The notes beneath the pieces were generated by a model that saw nothing but the letters and a program-made list of their open reading frames with translations, did no database searches and was not told the origin of the DNA. A stretch of DNA of 60,834 nt from an uncultured Gammaproteobacteria bacterium (GTDB taxonomy: Bacteria; Pseudomonadota; Gammaproteobacteria; GCA-002705445; GCA-002716945), in the NCBI GenBank assembly GCA_913045115.1, contig CAJWPJ010000004.1:1-60834 (forward strand), given 5' to 3'. The position numbers and the translations under genes are program-made. Below, piece by piece: positions 40,625 through 54,000 of the stretch. Positions within the stretch are counted from its first letter, which is position 1; each line of letters begins with the position of its first letter.

Positions 40625-42201
40625 TAATCGACTTTAGGTGGAGTATCGAATGAATGATATGGTGCTGGTGATGGCAACGTCCACTCTAGTCCTTCTGCAC
40701 CTTCCCAAGATTTGTCAGCAGCTGTTACAGGCTGTCTAAGAGTTTGAAATAAAATGTATACAAAAAGTAGTTGTGAGAGACCAAATCCAAATGCTCCAAC
40801 AGATGCGATCATATTAAAGTCAGTGAATTGAACAGCATAGTCTGGAATTCTACGTGGCATGCCTGCTAAACCAACAAAATGCATTGGGAAGAAAGTAATA
40901 TTAACAAACACAGTTGTCATCCAAAAATGAACTTTTCCAAGTGTTTCGTTGTACATCTTTCCTGTCCACTTAGGAAGCCAATAATATACTGCCGCTATCA
41001 CAGCAAAGATTGCGCCTGGGACAAGTACATAATGGAAGTGTGCCACCACAAAATAGGTATCGTGGTATTGAAAATCAGCAGGTGTAATAGCTAGCATTAG
41101 TCCTGAAAAACCACCAATAGTGAATAATATTATGAAAGCTAATGAGAACAACATAGGAGTCTCAAACGTCATAGACCCCTTCCACATTGTTGCTACCCAG
41201 TTAAAGACTTTTACACCTGTAGGTACAGCAATCAGCATTGTAGTAAACATGAAGAATATTTCACCAGCTAGCGGCATACCCACAGTAAACATATGATGCG
41301 CCCAGACTATAAATGAAAGCAAGGCTATTGATGCCGTCGCATAAACCATTGAGTCATATCCAAAAAGTTTCTTTCTTGAGAATGCTGGGATGATCGTGGA
41401 TATAATACCGAACGCAGGGAGAATCAAAATATATACTTCAGGATGCCCAAAGAACCAGAATATATGCTGGAATAGAACAGGGTCACCGCCACCAGCTGCT
41501 GTGAAGAAACTAGTACCATAGAATCTATCTGTTAGTAACATAGTAATCGCGCCTGCTAAAACTGGCATAGCAGCGATAAGCAGGAATGCAGTAATGAGCC
41601 ATGTCCATACGAATATTGGCATCTTCATAAGGGTCATACCTGGTGCTCTCATGTTGAGAATTGTAGCTATTACATTTATTGCTCCAAGAATGGATGATGC
41701 GCCTAGTAAATGGAGTGAAAAGATTACAAAAGGCATAGAGTTGCCACCTTGTAATGACAATGGAGGATATAAAGTCCACCCTGCTGCTGGTCCACCACTT
41801 TCAAAAAATAATGTGCTTATTAGCATTGCAAATGCAAAAGGTAAAATCCAAAAACTCCAATTATTTAGTCTAGGCAAGGCCATGTCTGGAGCACCAATCA
41901 TCATTGGAAGTTGCCAGTTGGCTAGCCCAACAAAAGCTGGCATAAGTGCGCCAAAGATCATTATTAGCGCATGCATTGTAGTCATTTGGTTAAAAAATCC
42001 TGGAACAACAAGTTGTAATCCAGGCTGGAAAAGTTCCGCACGGATTATTAGCGCCATGAAACCACCAATAAAAAACATAAGTAAACTGAACCATAAATAC
42101 AATGACCCAATATCCTTATGATTGGTAGTTGTAATCCACCTCATCAAGCCAGATGGTTGGTGGTGATGTTCCTCTTTAATGTGATCAATATTTGTGCTCA
42201 T
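40624..42201 (-). CDS. coxA: Cytochrome c oxidase subunit I (aa3 type)
   Basis: [17 protein letters not shown] and HHMFTVGM motifs. 525 aa. Confidence 0.98.
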   Translation of the reverse strand: MSTNIDHIKEEHHHQPSGLMRWITTTNHKDIGSLYLWFSLLMFFIGGFMALIIRAELFQPGLQLVVPGFFNQMTTMHALIMIFGALMPAFVGLANWQLPMMIGAPDMALPRLNNWSFWILPFAFAMLISTLFFESGGPAAGWTLYPPLSLQGGNSMPFVIFSLHLLGASSILGAINVIATILNMRAPGMTLMKMPIFVWTWLITAFLLIAAMPVLAGAITMLLTDRFYGTSFFTAAGGGDPVLFQHIFWFFGHPEVYILILPAFGIISTIIPAFSRKKLFGYDSMVYATASIALLSFIVWAHHMFTVGMPLAGEIFFMFTTMLIAVPTGVKVFNWVATMWKGSMTFETPMLFSLAFIILFTIGGFSGLMLAITPADFQYHDTYFVVAHFHYVLVPGAIFAVIAAVYYWLPKWTGKMYNETLGKVHFWMTTVFVNITFFPMHFVGLAGMPRRIPDYAVQFTDFNMIASVGAFGFGLSQLLFVYILFQTLRQPVTAADKSWEGAEGLEWTLPSPAPYHSFDTPPKVD

Positions 42202-42212
42202 ATTTAACTTCC

Positions 42213-43019
42213 TTATTCTGATTTATCCGCTACACGGTTTTTTTGATTTAGTGAAACCCATTTTACGTACTCTTGTCTAGGTACTGCTCGAACAACTATT
42301 GGCATGAAGCCATGGTCTTTTCCGCATAGCTCTGTGCATTGACCTCGATAAACGCCAGGCTTTTTAATGTCCACCCAAAGCTCATTAATGTATCCTGGTA
42401 TAGCGTCTTTCTTCCCGGTAATTTCCGGGACCCACCATGCATGAATCACATCACTTGCTGTTAAGAGTATTCTGACTTTAGTATCTGTTGGAAGGACAAC
42501 CTCGTTATCAACATTTAGGAGATAGTTATCAACTTTATTAACATCTATTTTAGAGCCTAGTTGTCTTGCTTCATTGCTTTTGTTGTCAAGCTTACTAAAG
42601 AATGAAACATTATCTTCAACATAATCATATTTCCACATCCATTGATAACCTGTTACTTTGAGTGTTATCTCAGAGTCACGAGTGTCTTCCATCATTATAA
42701 GTGTTTTAGTTGCAGGTACAGCCATACCGACTAATATTACAAATGGTATTACTGTCCAGATAATTTCTACCGTAGTGCTCTCATGAAATGAAGCGGGCTT
42801 AGCTCCTTTTGATTTTCTGTGGTGGAATATAGAGTAGAACATTACTCCAAACACTATTATTCCAATTACAACTGTAATATAAAAAATTAACATATGTAGA
42901 TCGTATGCGGCATTAGCTGTAGGTGATACACCTCTTGGCATATTGACTTCCCAGTCCGCAAAGCTTGAGACTGAGCTCATCATTATAATTAGTAGTATAG
43001 ATAATCTGTTCATTTTCAT
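42213..43019 (-). CDS. coxB: Cytochrome c oxidase subunit II (CuA; no fused cytochrome c domain)
   Basis: CuA ligands HAWWVPE...[12 protein letters not shown]. 268 aa, with a signal peptide and two helices. Confidence 0.95.
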   Translation of the reverse strand: MKMNRLSILLIIMMSSVSSFADWEVNMPRGVSPTANAAYDLHMLIFYITVVIGIIVFGVMFYSIFHHRKSKGAKPASFHESTTVEIIWTVIPFVILVGMAVPATKTLIMMEDTRDSEITLKVTGYQWMWKYDYVEDNVSFFSKLDNKSNEARQLGSKIDVNKVDNYLLNVDNEVVLPTDTKVRILLTASDVIHAWWVPEITGKKDAIPGYINELWVDIKKPGVYRGQCTELCGKDHGFMPIVVRAVPRQEYVKWVSLNQKNRVADKSE

Positions 43020-43105
43020 TCCCTAATGTGTGGTTATTAATCCCTCAATAACATCCTATTCGATGTCAATATTAACAAAATATTAGTACTTATGGAATTT
43101 CTAAT

Positions 43106-43921
43106 TTACTCTTTTTTTATCTCTTTAATCTTTATCAATTTACCTGATTTATCAAGGGTTTTAGCCGGTTTGAGAGCATACCCAAAGATTATGTCATAAG
43201 TTAATTCAAATGAGTTTGATACATTATTATACAGACATGATTTGATTGTATTGTACTCAGACTTGGTGATACGAGCGGTATTAGATGACTCAGTGATATT
43301 TGTACCTGTAAGACGAATTGATTTGAGAAGCTGATTGAAAGAGGAGAACTCTAGAGTTATTTGTTCGTTATCTACCACAGGATCTTTGAAGTTGGAGTTA
43401 AGTAAAAAATCCCCGTAATGATGCATGTCCAGAAAGTCATTGAATCTAAGTTTTTGTAGAATATTTGCAGGGCACTTTTTAAATTCTTTAAATGTGTCTG
43501 GGCCTGAAACTGAGAAAAGAAGTAGACCTTGAGGTTTAAGTAAATTATAGAAATTAAGAAATAACTCTGAGTCAATAGTGCACCAATGAAGCGTGAGACT
43601 AGATAATATAGTATCAAATGATGACAGTTTGAATGGAAGATTTTCAGCATTTCCCACAACGCATTTAGCGTTATGATTTTTGTTTCTATGAACCTGTAAC
43701 ATATCAAATGACATATCTAAAGAAGTAACATTGATGCCCGGATATTTTTTTTCGACATCTTGAGTCAATTTTCCAGTTCCTGAGCCAATATCTAAAATAT
43801 TAGATTTATTATGTTTTATAAGTCCTAACCTTTCTATGAGTCGATTATTAACTTCTTTTTGAATAAATGATTGGGAGTCATACGTCACTGCTCTTTTAGA
43901 AAATGAATTTTTAATTATCAC
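43106..43921 (-). CDS. bioC: Malonyl-ACP O-methyltransferase
   Basis: FSKRAVTYDSQSFIQ N-terminus and SAM motif ILDIGSGTG. 271 aa. ATGA overlap with the bioH-like gene. Confidence 0.8.
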   Translation of the reverse strand: MIIKNSFSKRAVTYDSQSFIQKEVNNRLIERLGLIKHNKSNILDIGSGTGKLTQDVEKKYPGINVTSLDMSFDMLQVHRNKNHNAKCVVGNAENLPFKLSSFDTILSSLTLHWCTIDSELFLNFYNLLKPQGLLLFSVSGPDTFKEFKKCPANILQKLRFNDFLDMHHYGDFLLNSNFKDPVVDNEQITLEFSSFNQLLKSIRLTGTNITESSNTARITKSEYNTIKSCLYNNVSNSFELTYDIIFGYALKPAKTLDKSGKLIKIKEIKKE

Positions 43922-44616
43922 GATGTTAGCCCTATTGTTTTAAAAATTTCATTTGGGTCAAAAAAAGGGAAATGTGGCGAGTTTTCTAAGCTTAATATCT
44001 TTACTTTTTTAATTTTAAATTTGTTAATTATTTGAGAATCACAGATTTCATCCTGATCAGACAAGAGGATTGTCAGATTATCATTTGAATTAACTATTAG
44101 TTTTGAGCGATCAATGAACATCATTTCCTCTAGCTCTGAAATCAACAAATCTTTATCAGGAACATCATTTTTATAGAATAAGTCTCGAAGAATTGTAAAG
44201 TGTCTCTTACTTGATACGTTACCTTTTACACATTCAAAAATAAATTTTTTTACAGCACTATCAAAATCTTCTCTCAAATTATCTCTTAGCGCAGTTATAG
44301 AATTTGATTTTGCCTTTAAAAAAGGATTAACAAGAAAAATACTAGCCTGACATTTAGCTAGCTCATTTGAAAAAAGTATCGTTGTAGCTGTATACGAGTA
44401 TCCTATAATTACATCATCCTTTTTTGCACAACGAAGGAGAGTATGAATTACATCTGTCCTACTTTTATCTGCGCTGATATTGTCATACCCTGGCAAAGAT
44501 ATAAACTCTTTAGAAATAGTATTCGGAAAATATTCTTGTAGGCTTCTCCAAATGTATGACCCAAAAAGCCACCCATGAATAAATATAATTTTATTTATAT
44601 TCTCTAACTGCATCAC
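43918..44616 (-). CDS. bioH: Alpha/beta hydrolase, candidate pimeloyl-ACP methyl ester esterase (BioH-like)
   Basis: IFIHGW, nucleophile elbow G-Y-S-Y-T, and candidate Asp (SDQDE) and His (SPHFPF) residues. Translationally coupled to bioC. Confidence 0.6.
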   Translation of the reverse strand: MMQLENINKIIFIHGWLFGSYIWRSLQEYFPNTISKEFISLPGYDNISADKSRTDVIHTLLRCAKKDDVIIGYSYTATTILFSNELAKCQASIFLVNPFLKAKSNSITALRDNLREDFDSAVKKFIFECVKGNVSSKRHFTILRDLFYKNDVPDKDLLISELEEMMFIDRSKLIVNSNDNLTILLSDQDEICDSQIINKFKIKKVKILSLENSPHFPFFDPNEIFKTIGLTS

Positions 44617-44655
44617 AAATTAGAATAATACAAATCACTGGTGTATGCTTTATAA

Positions 44656-45225
44656 ATGGAGTCAGATTTGAATATTTATTTTATTTCTATGCTTTTCTAC
44701 TTGGTCGGATCCTTGCCATTTGCATTGATTGTACATAATTTGATGTCTACAACCGATCCTAGACAAACAGGTTCAAAAAATCCTGGTGCTACAAACATGT
44801 TTAGAATTGCAGGCCCTTTGGCTGGTGTAATGACATTTATTGGTGACTTTCTAAAAGGTTTTATTCCCATATTTTTATTAGTACATTTCGATGAAATTAC
44901 GTTATATTTGGTGTCATTTTCAATTCTTGTTGGGCATATGTTTTCTGTATTTAATAGATTTCAAGGTGGTAAAGGTGTCGCAACTTCTTTTGGCTCGCTC
45001 TTAGCAATTAATTATTTATTAGGTGTTGCTTTAATGACTGTATGGTTAGTGGTCTTTGCATTGAAAAGAATTTCGGGGTTAGCCGCAATAGTCAGTTTTG
45101 TTTTATTACCACTTATCGCTTATTTGATAATTGGAAGTTATGGGTTTTTAATTATATCAATTTTTCATTCTTTAATAATTCTGGTAAATCACAGAAATAA
45201 CATCAGAGAACTCTTACAAACTTAG
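44656..45225 (+). CDS. plsY: Glycerol-3-phosphate acyltransferase PlsY
   Basis: GSKNPGATN motif in a polytopic protein. 189 aa. Confidence 0.92.
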   Translation: MESDLNIYFISMLFYLVGSLPFALIVHNLMSTTDPRQTGSKNPGATNMFRIAGPLAGVMTFIGDFLKGFIPIFLLVHFDEITLYLVSFSILVGHMFSVFNRFQGGKGVATSFGSLLAINYLLGVALMTVWLVVFALKRISGLAAIVSFVLLPLIAYLIIGSYGFLIISIFHSLIILVNHRNNIRELLQT

Positions 45226-46203
45226 TGACGGGTTTGGCTTTATCTTAAAGTTTATTTCTATACTAGATGACTGAGATTTAAGGAAACCTGCATATGCAAT
45301 CATCGCACCATTATCCGTGCTGTACCTTACATCAGGAAAAAAAACATTAGAGTTACTTAGAGCAGAAAATTTCTCTCTTAGCCTTTTGTTAGCACTGACT
45401 CCTCCTGTAATTACGATATTTTCTATTTTATAGTCCTGCGAAGCCTTGAGAGATTTGCTGATCAAAGTTTCAACAATTGCATCTTGCAACTCAAAAGATA
45501 TATTATTTATATTTTCATCACTTAGTTCGATTTTTTGAATAGCATTAATGACATGAGTCTTAAGTCCACTAAAACTAAAGTCATAGCTATCACTATTAAT
45601 CATGGGTCTAGGAAATGAAAATTTGTTGTTTTTAACTCCTTCTGAACGTCTTGCTATCTCAGGTCCACCTGGATAACCTAATCCAAGTTTTCTTGCAACT
45701 TTATCAAAACACTCTCCTGCCGAATCATCAAGCGTGGTGCCCAAATTTTTTATCACAGAGTTTTTGTCTACAACAGATAAAAGCGTATGTCCTCCAGAGA
45801 CAAGCAAGGATATAAACGGTGGTTTGAGATTATTTTCGGTAATCATTGGAGAGTAAACATGTGCTTCCAAATGATTTACTTCAATTGTCGGTATATTACG
45901 ACTCCATCCTAATGCCTTTGCAAGGGATGCGCCTGCTAACAATGGGCCAAGAAGGCCTGGGCCATTTGTAAATGCAATCATCTCTATTTCATCTATCTTC
46001 ATATCAGCTTTACTCAATAAAAAATCAAGAAGTGGTATAAATTTTTTCACATGATCTCTTGATGCTAATTCAGGGACGATGCCTCCGTACTTTGCATGTA
46101 TTTCATGTTGTGAACTAGTCACGTGAGCTAATACATGACCTGAAGAATCAACAATCGCAAGTCCCGTATCATCACAGGATGATTCTATCCCTAATATATT
46201 CAT
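45214..46203 (-). CDS. tsaD: tRNA N6-adenosine threonylcarbamoyltransferase
   Basis: MNILGIESSCDDTG..., NHLEAH, GGVSAN. The internal ATG at 46203 is used rather than the ORF-track start at 46245. Confidence 0.93.
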   Translation of the reverse strand: MNILGIESSCDDTGLAIVDSSGHVLAHVTSSQHEIHAKYGGIVPELASRDHVKKFIPLLDFLLSKADMKIDEIEMIAFTNGPGLLGPLLAGASLAKALGWSRNIPTIEVNHLEAHVYSPMITENNLKPPFISLLVSGGHTLLSVVDKNSVIKNLGTTLDDSAGECFDKVARKLGLGYPGGPEIARRSEGVKNNKFSFPRPMINSDSYDFSFSGLKTHVINAIQKIELSDENINNISFELQDAIVETLISKSLKASQDYKIENIVITGGVSANKRLREKFSALSNSNVFFPDVRYSTDNGAMIAYAGFLKSQSSSIEINFKIKPNPSLSL

Positions 46204-46281
46204 CGAGCTATTATAAGTTAAAACTTGCTTTATGGGCAATATCAAGTAATATTACGCAATATTTAATTTTTAAGGATTTTT

Positions 46282-46506
46282 ATGCCAAGTGTACAAGTAA
46301 GAGAGAACGAACCTTTTGAAATAGCATTGAGACGTTTTAAAAGAGGCTGCGAAAAAGCGGGTATCCTTACTGAAACAAGACGCAGAGAATTTTATGAGAA
46401 ACCAACTGCAATGAGAAAAAGAAAAATTGCAGCAGCTACAAAAAGATGTAAAAGAAAAGTCAGCATGGATACGCTCAGAAAAAAACCTCCTTATAAAAAA
46501 TTCTAA
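46282..46506 (+). CDS. rpsU: 30S ribosomal protein S21
   Basis: [21 protein letters not shown]. 74 aa. Confidence 0.97.
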   Translation: MPSVQVRENEPFEIALRRFKRGCEKAGILTETRRREFYEKPTAMRKRKIAAATKRCKRKVSMDTLRKKPPYKKF

Positions 46507-46512
46507 TTTGTA

Positions 46513-46965
46513 ATGTCTAAATCTGCTATCAAAGATAGTTTACAAAAAAATCAAATCAATTATCTCAAAGAAGGCAAAAAAGATGAATCATCTGTTTTAA
46601 GATTTGCTTTATCATTCATTAATAAAGAAGAAAAAGACAAGAAAACAGAACTTAATGATTCTGAGGTTATTAAAGTTATTAAATCGCTTATCAAAAGAAA
46701 CAAAGATTCATTCGACCAATTTTCATCTGCTAATAGACCTGAGCTAGCTGCGAAGGAGAAAAAAGAAATGGACTTACTCCAGACATATCTACCAGATCTA
46801 ATCGATGAGACTAAAACAGAGGAAATCGTCAAGAGCACTATAGATGAACTAGGGATAGACTCCATAAAAGAAATGGGAAAAATTATTGGAACAATCAAAA
46901 AAAACCATGGTGATAATATTGATTTATCTCTAGTGAGCCAGATAATTAAAAAGTGTCTGGGTTGA
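46513..46965 (+). CDS. GatB/YqeY domain-containing protein
   Basis: 150 aa, helical and Lys/Glu-rich. LRFALSFI...KE and the position right after rpsU match the YqeY-like gene found there in many proteobacteria. Confidence 0.7.
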   Translation: MSKSAIKDSLQKNQINYLKEGKKDESSVLRFALSFINKEEKDKKTELNDSEVIKVIKSLIKRNKDSFDQFSSANRPELAAKEKKEMDLLQTYLPDLIDETKTEEIVKSTIDELGIDSIKEMGKIIGTIKKNHGDNIDLSLVSQIIKKCLG

Positions 46966-47009
46966 TATTTCTTCATATCGCTAAATAGTTACAAGTCCTG
47001 TATAATTAG

Positions 47010-49452
<2,443 letters not shown>

Positions 49453-49456
<4 letters not shown>

Positions 49457-49974
49457 AAAATAAAATTTATCTAATTGGCTCGATGGGTTCAGGAAAATCC
49501 ACTATAGGTCGGCTGTTGGCTAGGCAAATGAATTTACCCTTCTTCGATATAGACAAAATGATAGTTGATCAGGAAAAGATGTCAATTACAGATATTTTTT
49601 CTAAATACAGTGAAGAATACTTCAGAGAGACAGAGTCGAATATACTTGAGAAAAATTCTCATGAAGATAATTTTGTAACTTCAACAGGTGGAGGTTGTAT
49701 ATTAAGTCAACAGAACATCAAGATTTTAAAGCAAGGTCTAGTTGTATATCTAAAAATATCTGTTGATGCTCAGTATGAGAGAGTTAAAAATCGAACACAC
49801 CGACCGTTACTGAATGGAGGTTTCACAAAAGAGGATCTTGCCAGACTTGATGAAGAAAGGGGTTCAATTTACTCAGATGTTTCTGATATTGAAGTTGACG
49901 TTTCAAATTTTAATAAAGAAGATGTATTATCCTCTATAATTAAAGAGTTAAAAGGCAGTCGTGAAAAAAATTAA
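49453..49974 (+). CDS. aroK: Shikimate kinase
   Basis: P-loop GSMGSGKSTIG. 173 aa, upstream of aroB. Confidence 0.93.
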
Positions 49975-51037
49975 TCTTAAAGTTAATGATATAAAAGTAC
50001 CAATCATAATTGGAAGAGAAATATTTAAGACCATAAATATTGCAGAATATGTCTCAAAGAATGATGTTGTAATAGTAACAAACTCAACTATTGCAAAGTT
50101 GTACCTTATGCAAACAAGACGTCTGTTTAGAGAATTTAACGTTAGTACTTTGGTATTGCCAGATGGTGAGAAGCATAAAAACATTCAAACAATACAAAAA
50201 ATATATGACTTCCTTATAAAAAGTAAACTTGACAGATCTGTGACAATTGTCGCTCTTGGTGGCGGAGTTATTGGTGACATGGTAGCATTCGCTGCTGATA
50301 CATTTATGAGAGGGGTTGATCTAATACATATACCAACCACTTTGTTAGCTCAAGTTGACTCATCTATTGGTGGCAAATGTGGGATTAATCATCCACTAGG
50401 GAAAAATTTAATTGGGTCGTTCAAACATCCCAGAGCCGTTATAATGGACACAGCTATTCTGCAAACCTTACCTAAAAGAGAGTTCATGGCAGGTATGGCA
50501 GAGGTAATTAAATATGGTTTGATAAAAAATAAAAGCTTTTTTAATTTTATAGATAAAAATTATTTAAAGATAATTAAACAAGATTACGATAGTCTTATAA
50601 AAACTATTTTTACATGCGCATCTATAAAATCTCAAGTTGTACAAGAAGATGAGCTTGAAGGTGGCGTAAGAGCAATACTAAATTTTGGTCATACCTTTGG
50701 GCATGCAATCGAAGCATCAAAAAATTATAAAGGGATACTCCACGGAGAAGCCATTAGTATAGGAATGAATATTGCGTCTGCCATCTCTGCAGATCAAGGA
50801 TATTTGACACATGATGAGTATTGCAATATAGAAGATATGCTATTAAATATGAGTATGCCAACTATGATACCAAAAAAAATCACAGTAGCTTCTATCGCGA
50901 AACACCTTGGACACGATAAGAAAAAAATTGCTGGTAAAAATAGATTCATATTATTGGATAAAATAGGGAGTGCCTTCATAAGCGACAAATTAAACAATAA
51001 ATACTTAAAAGATATCTCTAAAAATTTCATCAGTTAA
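49961..51037 (+). CDS. aroB: 3-dehydroquinate synthase
   Basis: GGGVIGDMVAFAA, PTTLLAQVDSSIGGK and HTFGHAIE motifs. GTG start. 358 aa. Confidence 0.93.
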   Translation: MKKINLKVNDIKVPIIIGREIFKTINIAEYVSKNDVVIVTNSTIAKLYLMQTRRLFREFNVSTLVLPDGEKHKNIQTIQKIYDFLIKSKLDRSVTIVALGGGVIGDMVAFAADTFMRGVDLIHIPTTLLAQVDSSIGGKCGINHPLGKNLIGSFKHPRAVIMDTAILQTLPKREFMAGMAEVIKYGLIKNKSFFNFIDKNYLKIIKQDYDSLIKTIFTCASIKSQVVQEDELEGGVRAILNFGHTFGHAIEASKNYKGILHGEAISIGMNIASAISADQGYLTHDEYCNIEDMLLNMSMPTMIPKKITVASIAKHLGHDKKKIAGKNRFILLDKIGSAFISDKLNNKYLKDISKNFIS

Positions 51038-51073
51038 TCTCTTAATTAATATTTGTGGTAATATATCTTTACT

Positions 51074-54000
51074 ATGAATAACGGACATACATCAAAAAAT
51101 TCATTATATTCGCCTACTTTTGAAAGGGATAATTGTGGATTTGGTCTGATTGCTAACATGGATGATAAGCCGTCTAGCTGGATTATTGATACAAGTATTG
51201 AAGCGCTTAATAGATTGAAACACAGAGGTGCTGTATCTGATGACGGTAAATCCAGTGATGGGTGCGGTCTGTTGATTAAAAAACCTGATGAGTTTTTTCA
51301 TCATTGCGCGAATGAATTGAATATAAAGCTAAGTTCTAACTATGCTTTTGGAACGGTCTTTCTTCCAAGGAGCAAATCGAAGCACAAGAAAATCAAAGAG
51401 ACTTTCTTTTTCCAGATTAAAAAGTTGGGGCTCAATGTATTAGGTTGGAGACAAGTTCCCGTAGATAAAAGAGTTTGCGGTAAAGATGCGCTCGCTAGCC
51501 TCCCAGACATACAACAGATTATAATTACAGGAAGTGAAAAGTTACATGAAAATGAGTTCGAAAAAAAATTATATGTTGCAAGACTGCACATAGAAAAAAT
51601 ACTCAATGAACCTGAATTGTACATATGTAGTATGTCTTCAAAGGTAATATCATATAAAGGATTAATTGTTTCTGAAAATATTCAGAAATTTTATCCAGAT
51701 CTAGTGCATCAAAAAATGAAAACATCGCTGTGCGTTTTTCACCAAAGATTCTCAACTAATACACTTCCACAATGGAAGCTAGCTCAGCCTTTTAGGCATC
51801 TAGCACATAATGGCGAGATAAATACTGTTCAAGGTAACAGACACTGGTATATGGCGAGAAGGAGCAAACTGGATATTTCAGATCTGCCTGAGCTAAAAAA
51901 ATTACATCCTGTTGTATCAATGGAAGACTCAGATTCATACTCATTAGATAATATGCTTGAATATCTACTTGCGGGTGATATGGGAATTTTCAGAGCCATG
52001 AGGACATTAATTCCCCCTGCTTGGCAAAATAATAATCAAATTGATAACAAACTCAAAGCATGCTTTGAATATCACTCGATGCATATGGAACCGTGGGATG
52101 GGCCAGCTGGAATTGTTTTGACTGATGGAAGGTATGCTGCTTGCGCTCTTGATAGAAATGGATTGAGGCCAGCAAGATATGTGATCTCAAAAGATAGACA
52201 TATCACGCTTGCATCTGAAGTTGGAGTTTATGATTACGATGACTCTGAAATCATAGAAAAAGGCAGATTAGCTCCAGGCGATATGCTGGCTGTTGATACA
52301 CTGAATGGCGAAGTCCTGCTATCGGACGACATTAATAAAATCCTTAAAGACAGACATCCATATGATGAATGGCTTAATAAAAACTCGATAAATCTTACAA
52401 CTTATGATCACAACAAAGAGGTCCCTCTCTCATTTAATTCATCAGATTTAGTCTCATATAAAAAGTTCTATGGTGTTACTTTGGAAGAAGAAAAAGATGT
52501 GATACTTCCACTTGCAAATCTTGCACTAGAGGCGACAGGCTCCATGGGTGATGACACCCCAATGCCTGTGCTATCAAAACAGTCGAGATCTCTATATGAT
52601 TATTTTAGGCAACAGTTTGCTCAAGTAACTAATCCACCAATTGACTCACTCAGAGAAACAAGCGTTATGTCATTAGAAACTTGTCTAGGAGTTGAGAGGA
52701 ACCTCTTTGAAGAATCCTCCCTTCATGCGGGAAGATTGGTGTTAGACTCTCCTGTATTATCAAAACAAGTCTTTGACAAACTTACAAACTCAAAAGAGAA
52801 AGGATTTCAGAGTGATAAATTAAGCCTTCACTATGATTCAAATATAGATTTAGAAGAAGCAATTAATACAATCTGTGACAGAGCAGTCAGAATAGTCAAA
52901 AAAGGAGCTGTCCTCATAATATTATCAGATATCGGATTGAATAATAATCAGATGACAATTCCTGCTGTTATGGCTGTGGGAGCTGTTCACCACAGACTTA
53001 TTTCAGATGGACTAAGGTGTGACTGTAATATAATAGTTGAAACAGCATCTACCTGGAACTCACACCATTTTGCAGTATTACTTGGATACGGCGCATCTGC
53101 AATCTATCCATACCTAGCTCTTGAGATAATTAACAATATGATTATCCGTAATAATCAAGATAGTGAAAAATATGCTCAACATGTTAATAACTTCATCAAA
53201 GGTATTAATAAAGGACTGTTAAAAATAATGTCTAAGATGGGTATTTCATGTGTTTCCAGCTACAGAGGTGCCCAGCTATTTGAAATAATTGGACTGAACT
53301 CTAATGTAATTGATTTATGTTTTAGAAATAATATTTCTAGAATTGAAGGAGCAAGCTTTGATGACATTGAAAATGATTTAAGAATTAATAAAGAATATTC
53401 AATGAAAGTATCTGATGGTATTGGAAAGGGAGGTTTACTCAAGTTTACTACTGATGGAGAATACCATGATTACAATCCTGATGTTGTAAAAGCATTACAA
53501 GAATGTGTTACTACAGGCGAATATGATGATTATAAAAAATTCTCCAAATTGGTAAACTCTAGAGATCCTAGTTTTCTTAGAGATTTGTTTAATCTCAAAA
53601 AGAAAAAAGCTATACCAATATCTGAGGTTGAGTCATCAAAAAGTATACTAAAAAGATTTGATACTGCTGGAATGTCTCTAGGAGCTCTCTCTCCCGAGGC
53701 GCATGAAGCATTGGCAATTGCTATGAATACAATAGGGGGAAGGTCAAATTCTGGCGAAGGTGGAGAAGATATAAAGAGATATAATTCTACTAAAACATCA
53801 AAGATTAAACAGGTTGCATCGGGTAGATTTGGGGTTACCCCGCATTATCTTGTAAATGCTGATGTTATTCAGATTAAAATAGCGCAAGGTGCAAAACCTG
53901 GTGAGGGTGGACAGCTACCTGGAGATAAAGTTGACCAGTATATTGCTAAACTTAGGTATTCCGTCCCTGGAGTTACACTAATATCGCCACCTCCGCACCA

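Noticed and set aside
41594-42121. 175-aa plus-strand ORF antisense to coxA, the longest shadow ORF in the window
   Set aside because: In this register an antisense stop needs a sense codon ending in T or C followed by TA-, or a sense codon ending in T followed by CA-. That means a Tyr, His or Gln codon in the right context, and these are sparse in this hydrophobic part of CoxA. There is no Shine-Dalgarno sequence, and the product is low-complexity with no recognisable motif. It is best explained as a shadow of a strongly constrained gene.
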